This document shows positions 39,168-50,958 of a DNA stretch of 64,000 nt, one piece after another. Position 1 is the stretch's first letter; every line of letters starts with the position of its first letter. Source of the DNA: Scyliorhinus canicula (taxonomy: Eukaryota); contig NC_052146.1 of NCBI RefSeq assembly GCF_902713615.1, positions 69,335,238-69,399,237 of the forward strand, read 5' to 3'. The notes below the pieces were generated by a model. The model worked only from the letters and a program-made list of their open reading frames with translations. It searched no databases and had not been told where the DNA came from. The position numbers and the translations under genes were made by a program.

Positions 39168-42100
39168 TTTAAAAAAAAACGCATTTCATTTAAACTTGTA
39201 TCAAAGTCGGTTACAGCAAATAAACACCCCGGGAAACAACCGTCCCAACAATCAACCATACAGTATAGATTTTCCTCCTTTTCATCCCCCCATCACCCCC
39301 TGCCCTGCGACGAACAGCTCCTCAAACACGGTCATAAATATCCCCCACCTTTTCTTGAACTCCCCTGCTGAGCCCCTTAACTCATACTTTATCTTTTCTA
39401 CCCGCAGGAAGTCCTACTGGTCACCCAACCATGCTGCTACCCCGGTGGCGATGCCGACCGCCACTCCAGCAAAATTCGTCGCCGTGCAATCAGAGAGGCG
39501 AAGGCCAAGACATCGGCCTTCCTCCTCTCCATGAGCTACGGCTTCTCTGAAACCCCAAATATCGCAGCAAAGGGTCTGGGTCTACTCCCTCCTCCACTAT
39601 CCTGGATAAGACTGCAAACACTCCCTCCCAGAATCTTCCCAATTTTTCACAACCCCAAAACTTGTGCGCATGATTTGCTGGCCCCCGCCCACACCTCTCA
39701 CACTCATCTGCTACCCGCTGAAAGAACTCACTCGTTCTCGCCCGAATCATATGCACCCTGTGCGCCACTTTGAACTGTATTAGGCTCATCCTTGCACACG
39801 AGGAGGTCCTGTTTACCCTACGCAGTGCCTCACTCCAAACTCCCCAATTGATCTCCATTCCCAACTCTGCTTCCCATTTCTCTTTGATCTTCACCAACCG
39901 CTCGCCTCCCTGCTCCCCCAACCACTTATATATATCCCCAATTCTTCCCTCCCCCTCCACATCTGGAAGCAGTAGTCGCTCCATCAGGGTGTATCCCAGC
40001 AATCTACGGAACCCCTTCCCAACCTTATGTGCAAAGTCCCTAACCTGTAGATACCTGAACTCACTACCCCTCGGCAGCTCTACCCTCTCCCTTAGCTCCT
40101 CCATACTGGCAAACCCTTCCTCCAAATACAAATCCCTCAGCTTGACCAGCCCCACTTCCCTCCACCTCCTGCATACACTATTCTTTCCCCCCCACCCCGG
40201 CTCAAACCCATGATTCTCGCACAGCGGCGTTAGCACCAACATCCTTTCCACCCTAAAATGCCTCCTCAGCTGAATCCATACCTTCACTGTGGACTGCACC
40301 ACTGGGCTCCTTGAATACCTACTCGGAGCCATTGGCAACACTGCCATCACCATAGCCCTCAAACTAGACCCCTTACAAGATTCCTCCTCCATCCTAACCC
40401 ACTCTACCCCTTCTCCTTCCCACCACCGCCGAAACTTGTCCACATTCGCCGTCCAATAATAATGAAGCAAGTTTGGCAACGCCAACACCCCGTGCTGCCT
40501 CTGCCTCTGTAGCAGGGTCCTCCCCACCCTTGGCACCTTTCCCGCAAATACAAAGTCAGAGATGATTGTGTCCACTTTCCAAAAAAAGGCCTTAGGTACA
40601 AAGATCTGGAGAGCCTGAAAGATAAACAAGAACCTCGGCAGAATATTCATTTCCACCACTTGGACCCTCCCCGCCAACGTTAAATGCAGTGTATCCCACC
40701 TCTTAAGATCCTCCCTGACCTCCTCCACCAGCTTCGTTAAGTTCCACTTATGGAGCCTCATCCATTCCCTCGCTACCTGAATCCCCAAGTACCTAAACCT
40801 ATCCCTCGCTACCGTAAATGACATCCCCCCTAAATTAGCCCGCTGTGCCAGCTCATTCACCGAGAATACCTCGCTTTTCCCTACATTCAGTTTGTATCCC
40901 GAGAACCCTCTAAACCCACCCAACAGGCCTATAATCCTTCCCACACTCTCCAACGGATCCGAAACATACAGCAGGAGGTCATCGGCATTGAGTGACACCC
41001 GATGCTCCCTCTGTCCCCTCATTATCCCCTGCCACTCTGCCGACCCCCTGAGAGCCATCGCCAACGGCTCTATGGCCAGCGCAAACGGCAGCAGCGACAG
41101 CGGGCACCCCTGCCTCGTACCCCTGTGTAAGTCAAAGCTTTGTGAGCTCATATCATTCGTCTTCACCCTCGCTCTTGGTGCCACATACAGCAACCGCACC
41201 CATGCCACAAATCTCGGCCCAAACCCAAGCCTTCCCAAAACTTCGAACAAGTACCACCACTCCACCTGGTCAAATGCTTTCTCAGCATCCACGGCCACCA
41301 CCACCTCTGGTACCAGAGCCCTGACGGATTCATCACCACATTCAACAGCCGTCTTATATTACCCGTGTGCTGCCTGCCCTTCACGAAGCCTGTTTGATCT
41401 TCTGCAACCACCCCCGGGACACAATCCTCCATCCTCCCTGCCAACAACTTAGCCAATACTTTCACATCCGTGTAAAATAGTGATGTAGGTCTATATGACA
41501 CACATTCCACTGGATCCTTCCCTTTTTTGGGAATTCGTGTGATTACTGCCTGCTTCATCATCTCCGGCAACTCCCCCTTCTCCAGTGCTTCATTAAACAC
41601 CCCCAACAGATGTGGTGCCAGGTCCGCTGCAAATTTCTTATAAAATTCTGCCGGGTACCCATCCGGCCCAGGGGCCTTCCCCGACTTCATACCCCTGCTA
41701 CTATCCAGCACCTCCCTCAGCCCCAGGGGCTCTTTGCTTCCTCCACCTGGTGAAATTCCAGCTCGTCCAGAAACCGCCCCCCTGTCCCCCTCTCCTCCTG
41801 GGTCTGCCTCATAAAGTCCCTGGTAATACTCTCTAAATGCCTCATTTATCTTCCCTGGCTCTGACACCACATCCCCAGCCCCAGTTCGGATCTTCAATAT
41901 TTCCCTGGACGCAGCCTGCCTCCGCAGCTGGTGCGCCAGCATGCGGCTTGCTTTCTCCCCATACACATATTGCACCCCTCTTGCCCTACGCAGTTGCCCT
42001 ACCGCCCTCCCCGTTGTCAGCCTGTCAAATTGCCCTTGCAACTTTTTCCTCCTCGACAATCCCTCCATGGTGTGCACCCTCGAATATTCCCTGTCCACCT

Positions 42101-43823
42101 CCACTATCTCGCTCACTAGACGGTCATGTTCCGCCCTCCTTTCCTTATTCGCACGAACCGTAAATGAGATAATTTCTCCCCGGACCACTGCCTTCAGTGC
42201 TTCCCAAAAAATGCCCGCCGACACCTCCCCATTCTAATTCAACTCCACATAATCACTAATCACCAACCACACCTTATCACAAAAACCTCCATCCACCAAC
42301 AACCCCGAGTCAAACCTCCACCCCGGCCTCTACTCTCATCCCGTACTGAACCGAATATCCAGCCAGTGGGGTGCATGGTCCGAGATAACTATCCCAGCAT
42401 ACTCTGCCCCTCCAACCCAACCAAAATCTTCCGATTCACTACAAAGTAATCAATCCTCGAATACACCTTATAGACGTGTGAAAAGAAGGAATACTCCCTT
42501 CCCCCTGGGTTCTGAAAGCGCCATGGATCCACCATACCCATCCTCTTCATAAACCCCCCAGCTCCCTTGCCATTCGTACTCTACCCATCAACCTGGGGCT
42601 CGATCTATCCACCCTCGGCTCCAGGACGCAGTTAAAATCTCCTCCCATGATCACCTGGGACGTAGCCAAATCCGGGATTGCTGCCAGTAACCCCCTCATA
42701 AAACCCACATCATCCCAATTTGGGGCATACATATTTACCAACACTACCGGTGCCCCTTCCAATACCCCACTCACAATCACATATCTCCCACCTGGATCCC
42801 TCACCTCCTTCGCACTCACAAATCCTATTTTTTTGCTCATTAAAATTGACACACCCCTCGATTTCAAATCAAACCCCGAGTGAAAGACCTGCCCAACCCA
42901 CCCCTTCCTTAACCTAACCTGGTCCTTCACACGGAGGTGTCTCCTGCAAAATGACCACCCCCGCTTTCAAGCTCCTGAGGTGCGCGAACACCCACGACCT
43001 TTTAACTAGCCCATTCAGTCCCTGGACGTTCCACGTTAATACACTTACCGGAGGCTTGCACCTCCAATGCTCTCTACAGTCCGTCATCTTCCCCACTTAA
43101 CTCCTGCCCCTTTAATTCCACTCTGTACCTAGCCCATCCCAGATGGCCCCTTTCTTCGCCCTTGACCATGTCATCTCTCACTCCCTGCCACGTCGCAAAC
43201 ACCCCCAGCTTTTCCCCTTCTCCCCCCCCACTTCCCCTTTCCCCTCTCCCCCCGGTCACCCCTCGTGGCCTTCACCCCAACCACCTCACTTCCATTCACC
43301 AGAATAACCTGCTAGCGCGGCTGCCCCTGCCCAAAGGCACATCCTAATGACCTCCCCCACCCCCCCCCCCCCCCCCCACTCCTCAGCTCAAAGAAGAAGG
43401 CTCCCTCCTGGCATTACTCTCCCCCACCCAAACAAGGACTTCCTGAACTCCAGGCAGCCTTCTCCAAAAGCTAACAAACAAATGTTAAGCACAAACAGTC
43501 CCATAAAACAGGAAGGGGGGATGGGGAACATCCATCCCCACATAAACTTTTCACCTCTACAACTCCTTACAATCTCAACATTGAACAGAAACCCCCCCCC
43601 CCACAAAAAAAGGCAAAAATCCCCCAATCCCTACACCCACTTCAAACGTGCTCCCGGCCATTACTTAGCGCCAGCACCCCGGTTCCTAAACATTGTCCAC
43701 TCAGTTCTCCCCCAGTTTATGCTCCTTAGTGAAGTCTTCGGCCGCTTCTGGGGTCTTGAAATAATATTCCCGGCCTCCGAATGCCACCCATAATTTCGCC
43801 GGGTACAGCACCCCAAACCTGAT
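39168..43823 (-). mobile_element. L1-clade LINE: end of ORF1, inter-ORF region, frameshifted ORF2 and tail
   Basis: EN motifs LTWNVQGLN and IMGGDFNCVL. RT ORFs of 604 and 353 aa. Perfect 16-bp TSD AACCATTCACACTCTT at 39152-39167 and 43824-43839, at a TT/AAA site. Confidence 0.95.
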
Positions 43824-43899
43824 AACCATTCACACTCTTAAACCCCTTCACACTCATTCTCTCACTCCCTCACACTCTCATCCCCTCATACATCCCATT

Positions 43900-45200
43900 T
43901 TCTGGCATCAGTTTAAATCTGCGCCAAGGGTTTGTCAATCAAGTTAAGGGGATCTCAGCTCTCCAGCAGCAGTGATGTCATCAAGCAGATGGAACAACTA
44001 ATCAGATTCAATTTCTCTCACAGACAGCAAGCCAGAAAGCAAAATGCCCCTCCTTAATTTTAAGTTTTACAGATAGCAAAATAATTGATTCTGACAGATG
44101 CTTGGGACTGTGGTAAAATGCAAAAAAATACATTTAAGCTTTTAAAAATATTGAACCGGATTTTCCGGAGTGGCAATCGCCGTTGGATTGTCACCATGTT
44201 CCCATTTACTTGCACTGCACTGGAGCTTCAGATTTCTTGCCTGGACTTCGAAACTGGGCCCTTCAGAAATGTGGAACAATCTTCATTCCGAGTGCTGGGC
44301 CGTCAGGGGGGTGACCCAACCAGGGCACCAGCTGCTGTATTCTGGCGAGTTTAAATGTCCCAAAGCCTCAAGAGAAGCTATGGAGAGCAGGTAAGCTGGG
44401 TGGGTGAGGGGCGTGTGAGTCGGGAAGGGGACGGGGAGGGATGAGGGTGTAGTGGGGGGTAAACATCAGGTCAGAAGGGTTGTAGGATCAGGGGGTAGTT
44501 CGGGTGTCAGTGGAGGTAGTCAGTTGATCGGGTGGGTAGTCAGATCAGGAGAGGTGGGTAGGGGGGTCAGTGGTACTGGGGTGGGGTGGGGGACTTCAGG
44601 TGGATATGTATACTGGGAGATGCCTAGTTTGGGGAGGGGGGAGGTTAGCCGCGTTGGGGGATAGCTGGTGGATTGCGGGGCTAGTGAAGGGATCAACTGG
44701 AATCGGGGATCAGGAAGCAGTCTGTGCATGGGGGGGCTAGTTGGGGTAATCGGGTTGGGGTAGTCAGTGCTCATGGGGGTAGATGGACCGGTGGTTACTC
44801 TGTGGGGGCAGTCGCGTTGTGAAGGGAGCAGGTGGGGTAGTTGGAGCGGTGTCGTTGGGGTGGGTGGTGAATAGGGTGGAGTTTCACAGGGTAATTGGGT
44901 GGTCAGAGGGCTGCTTGGAAAGTCAGGTTGGAATAGTTGAGTCAGCGTATAGTCGGGAGTTACAGCGGGGAGTTGGGGTTGGGGGGGGGGGGGTGGTGGT
45001 GAGTGTGTTGAGATCAGTAGCATAGATAACCAGGAGTTAGAACTGGTTTTAAACATTCCAACTTTCCTGTGTAACGATCCTGTTGAGTGAGTCAGCACAA
45101 TCCAAAGTCGCTGACTGTAGCTCAGAGTTTCAGAGGGTTCCAGACACACTGCAATTGTCCATTGGAAGACCAAACTTCCGAAGCAATTCCCACGTACTGA
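43900..45200 (+). repeat. Unclassified repeat with a G-rich degenerate tandem tract
   Basis: CAGGTAAG at about 44387 followed by about 600 bp of G-run-rich sequence. Mirror image of 23410-23850. Boundaries approximate. Confidence 0.3.
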
Positions 45201-45318
45201 GTATCTTGCAGGTTTCTCTGGGGTATGGCATCCAAAGTTTGGAAGTTCATTGTATTTTGGAATATGTGAAATTTCACATCATAATAACAAGTATTACTTT
45301 CAACATAAAGCACTGCTG

Positions 45319-46017
45319 GCAGCATTGTGGCACAGTGGTTAGCAGGGATCCGGCTTCAATTTGGGCCTTGGGTGATTGTCTGTGTGGTGTTTACACAGTC
45401 TTCCCGTGCCTGCTTGGGTTTCCTCCCACGGTCCAAAGATGTGCAACTTAGATAGATTGTCATACTAAATTGTCCCTTAGTGTCCAGAAATGTGCAAGTT
45501 AGGAGGATTGGTCATACTAAATTGTCCCTTAGTGTCTAATGATGTGCAGGTTCGGTAGATTGGCCATAATAAGTTGTCCCTTGGTATTCAAAGATGTGCA
45601 GGTTAGGTGGGTTGGCTATGATAAGTTGCCCTTAGTGACTAAAAAAGGTTAGGAGGGGCTATTGGGTTACGGGGATAGGGTGGAAGTGAGGGCTTAAGTT
45701 GGTCGGTGCAGACTCTATGGGCCAAATGGCCTCCTTCTGCACTGTATGTTCTATGTTAGATGAGGTTACAGGATAGGATGGGTGAGTGGGTCATGGTAGG
45801 GAGCTCTTTCAGAGGGTTGGTGCAGATTCGTCGGACCGAATGGCCTCCTTCTGCACTATAGGTATCCTATGGAAAATTACTTTCAGGGTCATTGAGGCCT
45901 TTTAGTGGTAATTATGAACATAGAGCGGAATGTAGTCCTAGGTAAGGTCAGAGGGTCGGTGCAGATTCGATGGGCTGAATGGCCTCCTTCTGCACTGTGG
46001 GGATTCTATGATTCTAT
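45319..46017 (+). mobile_element. Expanded V-SINE: four internal ~52-bp tandem units and three 3' tails
   Basis: Units TCCAAAGATGTGCA...AAATTGTCCCTTAGTG start at about 45432, 45483, 45535 and 45587. The tail GGCCTCCTTCTGCACT occurs three times. Confidence 0.82.
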
Positions 46018-46716
46018 AAAGTCAAAAATGAAATAAGGGTAAAAAATCCAGTTCCACCTCATACAACAAGGATTTCAAGTGTTCTACTGCAAGACCGAAA
46101 GCATTACAGTGCATGTTCCCATTAGTTCAACATACTCTAATTGATTGCATCCTGGGGAACCTCAACAGTTTCCAGTCTGGAGAAACTGAGGATCACTGTC
46201 ACCAACTTCCATGTTTCACTGCGCATGTGTCGATTCCAACCGCTGTCTTATCCGGAACAGAGATGACTACTTTACCATCATTACTTGCCTTCTGTACAGC
46301 AGCATGCCAGATGACAACCTGTCTCCAATCCACAACTAGCCCAAAAGTTACTCTTCAATAAACTTTACACTCAGCCTCTCACGTCATTCAACTGTTTTAT
46401 GAAACAAATAAACATTACAGGAATAGTATATGGAATGACAGAAACAGAACCGTGGCAAGTAATTTCCAATTTAATGTTAAATAATAAAAGCAGAAGATAT
46501 TGGAGATAATCAGTAGATTGTGCATAGGGTGTGTGATAGGATGGAGGGCAGGAGTGATTAAATGTCGAAATGATTGTACAAGGCAAATAGAGATGAGAAT
46601 GAATCATCCTTTCTCTCTCCAGAGATGTTGCCCTGAGTGTCTTCTGCATTTTCTGATTTTAGTTTAGATCTCGGCACGTCTGCAGTCAGGGGCAGTAAAG
46701 GACTGGAAGTTGCAGA

Positions 46717-46839
46717 TTACTGCAAGCAGGGTGTCAGAAACTGTGCTTCATTTTCTTTAAAATTCAGCTGGGAGTAAACCATTGGGTCATCTTCTGTCTT
46801 GGGATCTGCTCTGCGGAAGTTCACGGTTGAATAGTCCAC
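46717..46839 (-). CDS. Inhibitory Ig receptor, last coding exon (ITIM exon): VDYSTVNFRRADPKTEDDPMVYSQLNFKENEAQFLTPCLQ*
   Basis: Acceptor ttcctacatccacag|GTG, phase 0, 123 bp to TAA. Contains the ITIM VDYSTV and the ITIM-like MVYSQL. Confidence 0.85.
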   Translation of the reverse strand: MDYSTVNFRRADPKTEDDPMVYSQLNFKENEAQFLTPCLQ

Positions 46840-46865
46840 CTGTGGATGTAGGAACATGCATTAAT

Positions 46866-47055
46866 GGGGGCTGGTTTAGCACAGGGCTAAAGAGCTGGCT
46901 TTTTAAGCAGACCAAGGCAGGCCAGCGGCGTGATTCAATTCCCGTACCAGCCTCCTGAGCTGGCACCGGAATGTGGCGACTAGGGGCTTTTCACAGTAAC
47001 TTCATTTTTTGAAGCCTACTTGTGACAATGAGCAATTTTCATTTCATATTTTCAT
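46866..47055 (+). mobile_element. tRNA-head SINE family B
   Basis: GGGGCTGGTTTAGCACAG...TTCAATTCCCGTACCAGCC...GGCGACTAGGGGCTTTTCACAGTAAC...TTTTCATTTC tail. Homologous to 47990-48177. Confidence 0.8.
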
Positions 47056-47358
47056 CTATGGAGAATTTAGCAAGCAGCTATCTACTTTTTGAAACAACAG
47101 TAGTCTGCACAAGGCACACCAAATTCGTTGTGGGTGTAACTTCAAACTGACCACATTGTAGCGGGAAGTATATTCACACGATCTTCATTCTGAAACATGT
47201 CTCATCAGTAACTCATTAAATAACTACTTCATTCATTTTAACTGCCGCATCATGGTCGTTGCATCAATTTATAATATCCATTGAGGGCCGTATAACTAGA
47301 TGTCTGGCATGTTCTCTATTGAATTTGAAATCTATGTTCATTGTTTAAGCTAACGTGC

Positions 47359-47493
47359 CTGGGCTGTTGAGGTGCTGGGAACGTTCTTTTCTACCAGTGG
47401 ATCAGAATAAACGATCTCTAAATTCGGCAAGGTTTCTTTCATTTTTGCAGAACACACTGTTGCATATATTGTTCGGTCCGCTCTTGCAGTGTC
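47359..47493 (-). CDS. Inhibitory Ig receptor, cytoplasmic exon 2 (ITSM exon): DTARADRTIYATVCSAKMKETLPNLEIVYSDPLVEKNVPSTSTAQ
   Basis: Acceptor ggttatttacag|GAC, phase 0-0, 135 bp. Donor CAG|gcacgt (GC-AG type). Contains the ITSM TIYATV and IVYSDP. Confidence 0.8.
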
Positions 47494-47829
47494 CTGTAAA
47501 TAACCAGCAGTATTACTAAAGGTGTTAACTATTAGTACTATATTTACTTTTGCACATTTACTTGCGATCGGAACACGTATCTTAGGTGCAGTTTGACATT
47601 TTTGCTGAAGGTAATGAAATTATCATTTTACAATATTATGTTACATAATTAAATGACAAAAAAAATGCTAATTAAAATATTGCTAAGTTAACTTTAGTAC
47701 ATGAACAATTGAGGTGTAAACTGAATTCTCCTGATGACAACCCTTATTTTATTTTCTCTTCCCATTTTATCCATACTACAATGCCAAAGTTCCTATGAGG
47801 TTTCTTGTCTGGCATCGCCTCAGGTGCCA

Positions 47830-47905
47830 ATAATAATAACCTTTTATTGTCACAAGTATGAAGTTATTGTGAAAAGCCCCTAGTCGCCACATTCTGGCGC
47901 CCGTT
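47830..47905 (-). mobile_element. SINE family B, 3' fragment
   Basis: Reverse complement of GGCGACTAGGGGCTTTTCACAATAAC...CTTGTGACAATAA plus (TTA)n. A similar tail fragment lies at about 36330-36385. Confidence 0.7.
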
Positions 47906-47989
47906 GGGGTAAGCTCATGTGATCATCCTGCCAAGTCCAAATGGAGACAGGCCACCGTGTTATTCCCCCACCCCTGTTTACGCCCCAGT

Positions 47990-48177
47990 GAGCTGGTTTA
48001 GCTCACTGGGCTAAATCGCTGGCTTTTAAAGCAGACCAAGCAGGCCAGCAGCACGGTTCGATTCCCGTACCAGCCTCCCCGGACAGGCGCCGGAATGTGG
48101 CGACTAGGGGCTTTTCACAGTAACTTAATTGAAGCGTACTCGTGACAATAAGCGATTTTCATTTCATTTCATTTCAT
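47990..48177 (+). mobile_element. tRNA-head SINE family B
   Basis: A box GGTTTAGCTCACTGG, B box GGTTCGATTCCC, (TTTCA)n tail. Confidence 0.82.
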
Positions 48178-48822
48178 TATCAGTGGGTTCATATTGGGAG
48201 TTCGGTCTGGGAGCTCGGGATAACCTCCGCAAGAAGTACCGGTGCGGAACTCAGTTTCTCCCATTATCACACTTTTTAAAAGCCAAATAGTTTCCTTGTG
48301 ACGGTAGCCATCTGTTCGCGCCAGCTTCCTATCCAGCGAGTTAAAATGGCATTACACCCATATGTGTTTCAAACTTCAACCTATTGTCCATGAAGCGCTG
48401 TGAGGTTGGAGAGTCGCTATATAAATGAACGTTATTGTTTTCTTCCTTGTTGGGATCGGCTACCCCTTTTCACTGTTTTAGTTCGTCCGGCAATTTGCTT
48501 TCCTCATTCTTAGGAAGTGTTTTGCCTCATGGCCGTTCATCCTTCACGGGGTTTCTCAGTGATAAACAGGAAACCAAAACACACGTGGATTGACCCGAAA
48601 ACGATTCTGCTTAAAAAATGTCAAATTCCAAAGCAAAAAAATCACTTGGAAACCATCGAGGAAATGGAACAAAAAAAATCAACGATTCCAGTTAAACCTT
48701 AACAAAAACATTCCCAGGCATACCACATGTATTTTGCTTCTACGCCAGACTAAAACCCTGAGTTGTACAAAGTGCAGAACAAGATACGACTTCTAAACAT
48801 AACCTGAATACATGTCCAGTAC

Positions 48823-48872
48823 CTGTGGGCCGGTGCCGGTAGACGGGACGCTGGGATCAGTTAATTGCTTCC
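48823..48872 (-). CDS. Inhibitory Ig receptor, short cytoplasmic exon 1: (R)KQLTDPSVPSTGTGPQ
   Basis: Strong acceptor tttccgcttgttttgtcattccag|GG and donor CAG|gtactg. 50 bp, phase 1 to 0, which is exactly the phase needed to link the TM and ITSM exons. Confidence 0.72.
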
Positions 48873-50847
48873 CTGGAATGACAAAACAAGCGGAAATGAG
48901 AACATGCCAAATGTTCCTGTTATGCCGAATCCGTAACTGAATTGGAAATCAGGGGGGGGGGGGGGGGGAAGCTAGAATTTGGTGTAGTGTATGGGTCTGC
49001 AACGCGGGGATGTGCCGGTCTCAGAGAATCTTTTATAAACTGGAAAGGCAGAAGTATTTTTTCATCCAAAAACTATACGAGTAGAGCAACATTACTTTGG
49101 GACCTGAATCACAGGTCATTTAGTTAAAGACGGCAGCTCACGGAAGGACCGTTAGACAGGATGATAGATGTGTCTTATTCCGGTACGAGGTGGGATTTAC
49201 AAGGCAGTAAGGGAAATTTTCAACAACTGTTGATAAGAAATCGATTGAATCAATTTTTCAGCCTGTTATGCGAGCGATAAAAGTCTAATTGGGCCAGAGC
49301 CTATCATCTACACGCATATGGACAGAACAGCTTACCTACTAGGCACGTGTAATATTACAGATACCAGAGCCCGCCATACACTGACAATGATCGCAGCGTT
49401 GGATCACATATTGGCCGGAGTTCTCTGGTCGTCGGGATTCACTTTTCCCCCTGGCAACACCTTCCACGCCAGCGGGCTTCGCTGCGGCTGGGGTGGTGTC
49501 AAAGGGGAATCCCTTTGACAGGCGGCGGGTCGGGAGAATCCCGCATTGTATACACACAATGAAACACAAAACTCAGCATAGTTGTACCCAACGTTGCAAT
49601 ATTATGTATAATATTTACAACTTGAGCGTCAGGGGAAATTAGAATTCTTACAGTTGTGAATCATTGGATCAGGTAGCCCAAGGGCATGATTTGGAACTCA
49701 ATGTGAATAAATTAAATCTACATTGGAACAAAAACCAAGAAGTGTGTGGACCATTAATCGGTCTAATTTGACCCCGACCGTGAAAAGCGTGAACTCAGGG
49801 TTGCACAGCCCCGGGGATGCAAGTAGTTCCTCTCATGGGGAAGCAACACTAGACTTCCAGGGAGTGACTGGGCCTAATTTTAACACATGTATTAAAATAA
49901 CACGGAGTAAACGATTACATCTGCCACAAAAGGACACCCATGTACAATAATTGAAAAATAAAAGTACTGGAGAGTGACCAATTTCCAGTTTTTAACATGG
50001 TGAAGCCAGTTTTAGGTCGCATCATTGAGATGTTTTCTAATCCAGAAAATAAAAAGGTGTTCCGACTGTACATTGCTGTATAGAGCATTGTATCTGTATA
50101 CATTGGACTGAGAGTTGAGACCACTTGGGTGATAATTCCGGTCTCAGGGTGCAAAATTTTGGAAAGCTCAATATATTTTCATTTAGCAAATGAAATCGAG
50201 TCAAAATCTAGGTCTAAAACTGTCGGGAGTCAGGTGATGTGAACGGACCGCGAGCCGAGACGTAGCCGGCACGAGCACGATTGATACCACAGAGCAGCCG
50301 AACAGACTCTCTGGAAAAAGGGAATTTTAGAAAAGGACAAACATCCGCTGGGGATACGAGTGAGGATCACAGGTACACGCCAGTGAGCAGATGGGTAACG
50401 ATCACACTGTGACACACAGCAAGCAGTTGATGCTCTTTTGTAAACTAGAGAATGTCATAATTGGTTAAATAGTGGGCCAGACATTGGATTGCGAATTGAG
50501 TTCTGGGTGGTTTTGTTTAGGTGAATTAGGCCAAAGCAGAAATTGTTAAATTAAATTACCTCAGGATTTGTAGAAAGGCTCCATATGTTAAACTGATTGT
50601 TTCCTCCCTGGTAAGTGTTATACAAGCTGTACAATTATTACAAGTCTTGCTAAATTCTCGTTACCGCATGTAAACCAAGATCAACACATTCCAACTAGTA
50701 TCTCTGTGATTCTGTATCATTCTATGTCCAACAACAGCAAACATTTGTGAAAAGACACCATTACATTAATGAATCAGAATGTTGTATATTTATAATAAAA
50801 GTAATATTTCACATACCTGACATTGCTAATGAAAGTATAATACTCAC

Positions 50848-50958
50848 GTTTCGCTTCCCAGCGACAGACAGCTACGAGCGAAATAACGCATAAAATTACC
50901 GATGGACACAGCAACAGATAAAGCCAGGTTTCCTGGGATGTTCTCGAAGAAGTTTTCT
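50848..50958 (-). CDS. Inhibitory Ig receptor, stalk and TM exon: (E)KTSSRTSQETWLYLLLCPSVILCVISLVAVCRWEAK
   Basis: Acceptor tttattttaaag|AG and donor AAAC|gtgagt. 111 bp, phase 1-1. 21-aa hydrophobic helix with no charged residue, followed by basic residues. Confidence 0.88.

Noticed and set aside
45432-45637. CRISPR-like array
   Set aside because: Contiguous tandem units without unique spacers, inside a SINE in eukaryotic DNA.
48804-48822. Longer version of the short cytoplasmic exon using the donor TCAG|gttatg (adds VLDMYS)
   Set aside because: Ends in phase 1 and no downstream open phase 1 exon was found.
49915-50154. Tyr-rich minus-strand ORF (PMYTDTMLYTAMYS) as an extra cytoplasmic exon
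   Set aside because: No convincing acceptor/donor pair in a compatible phase.
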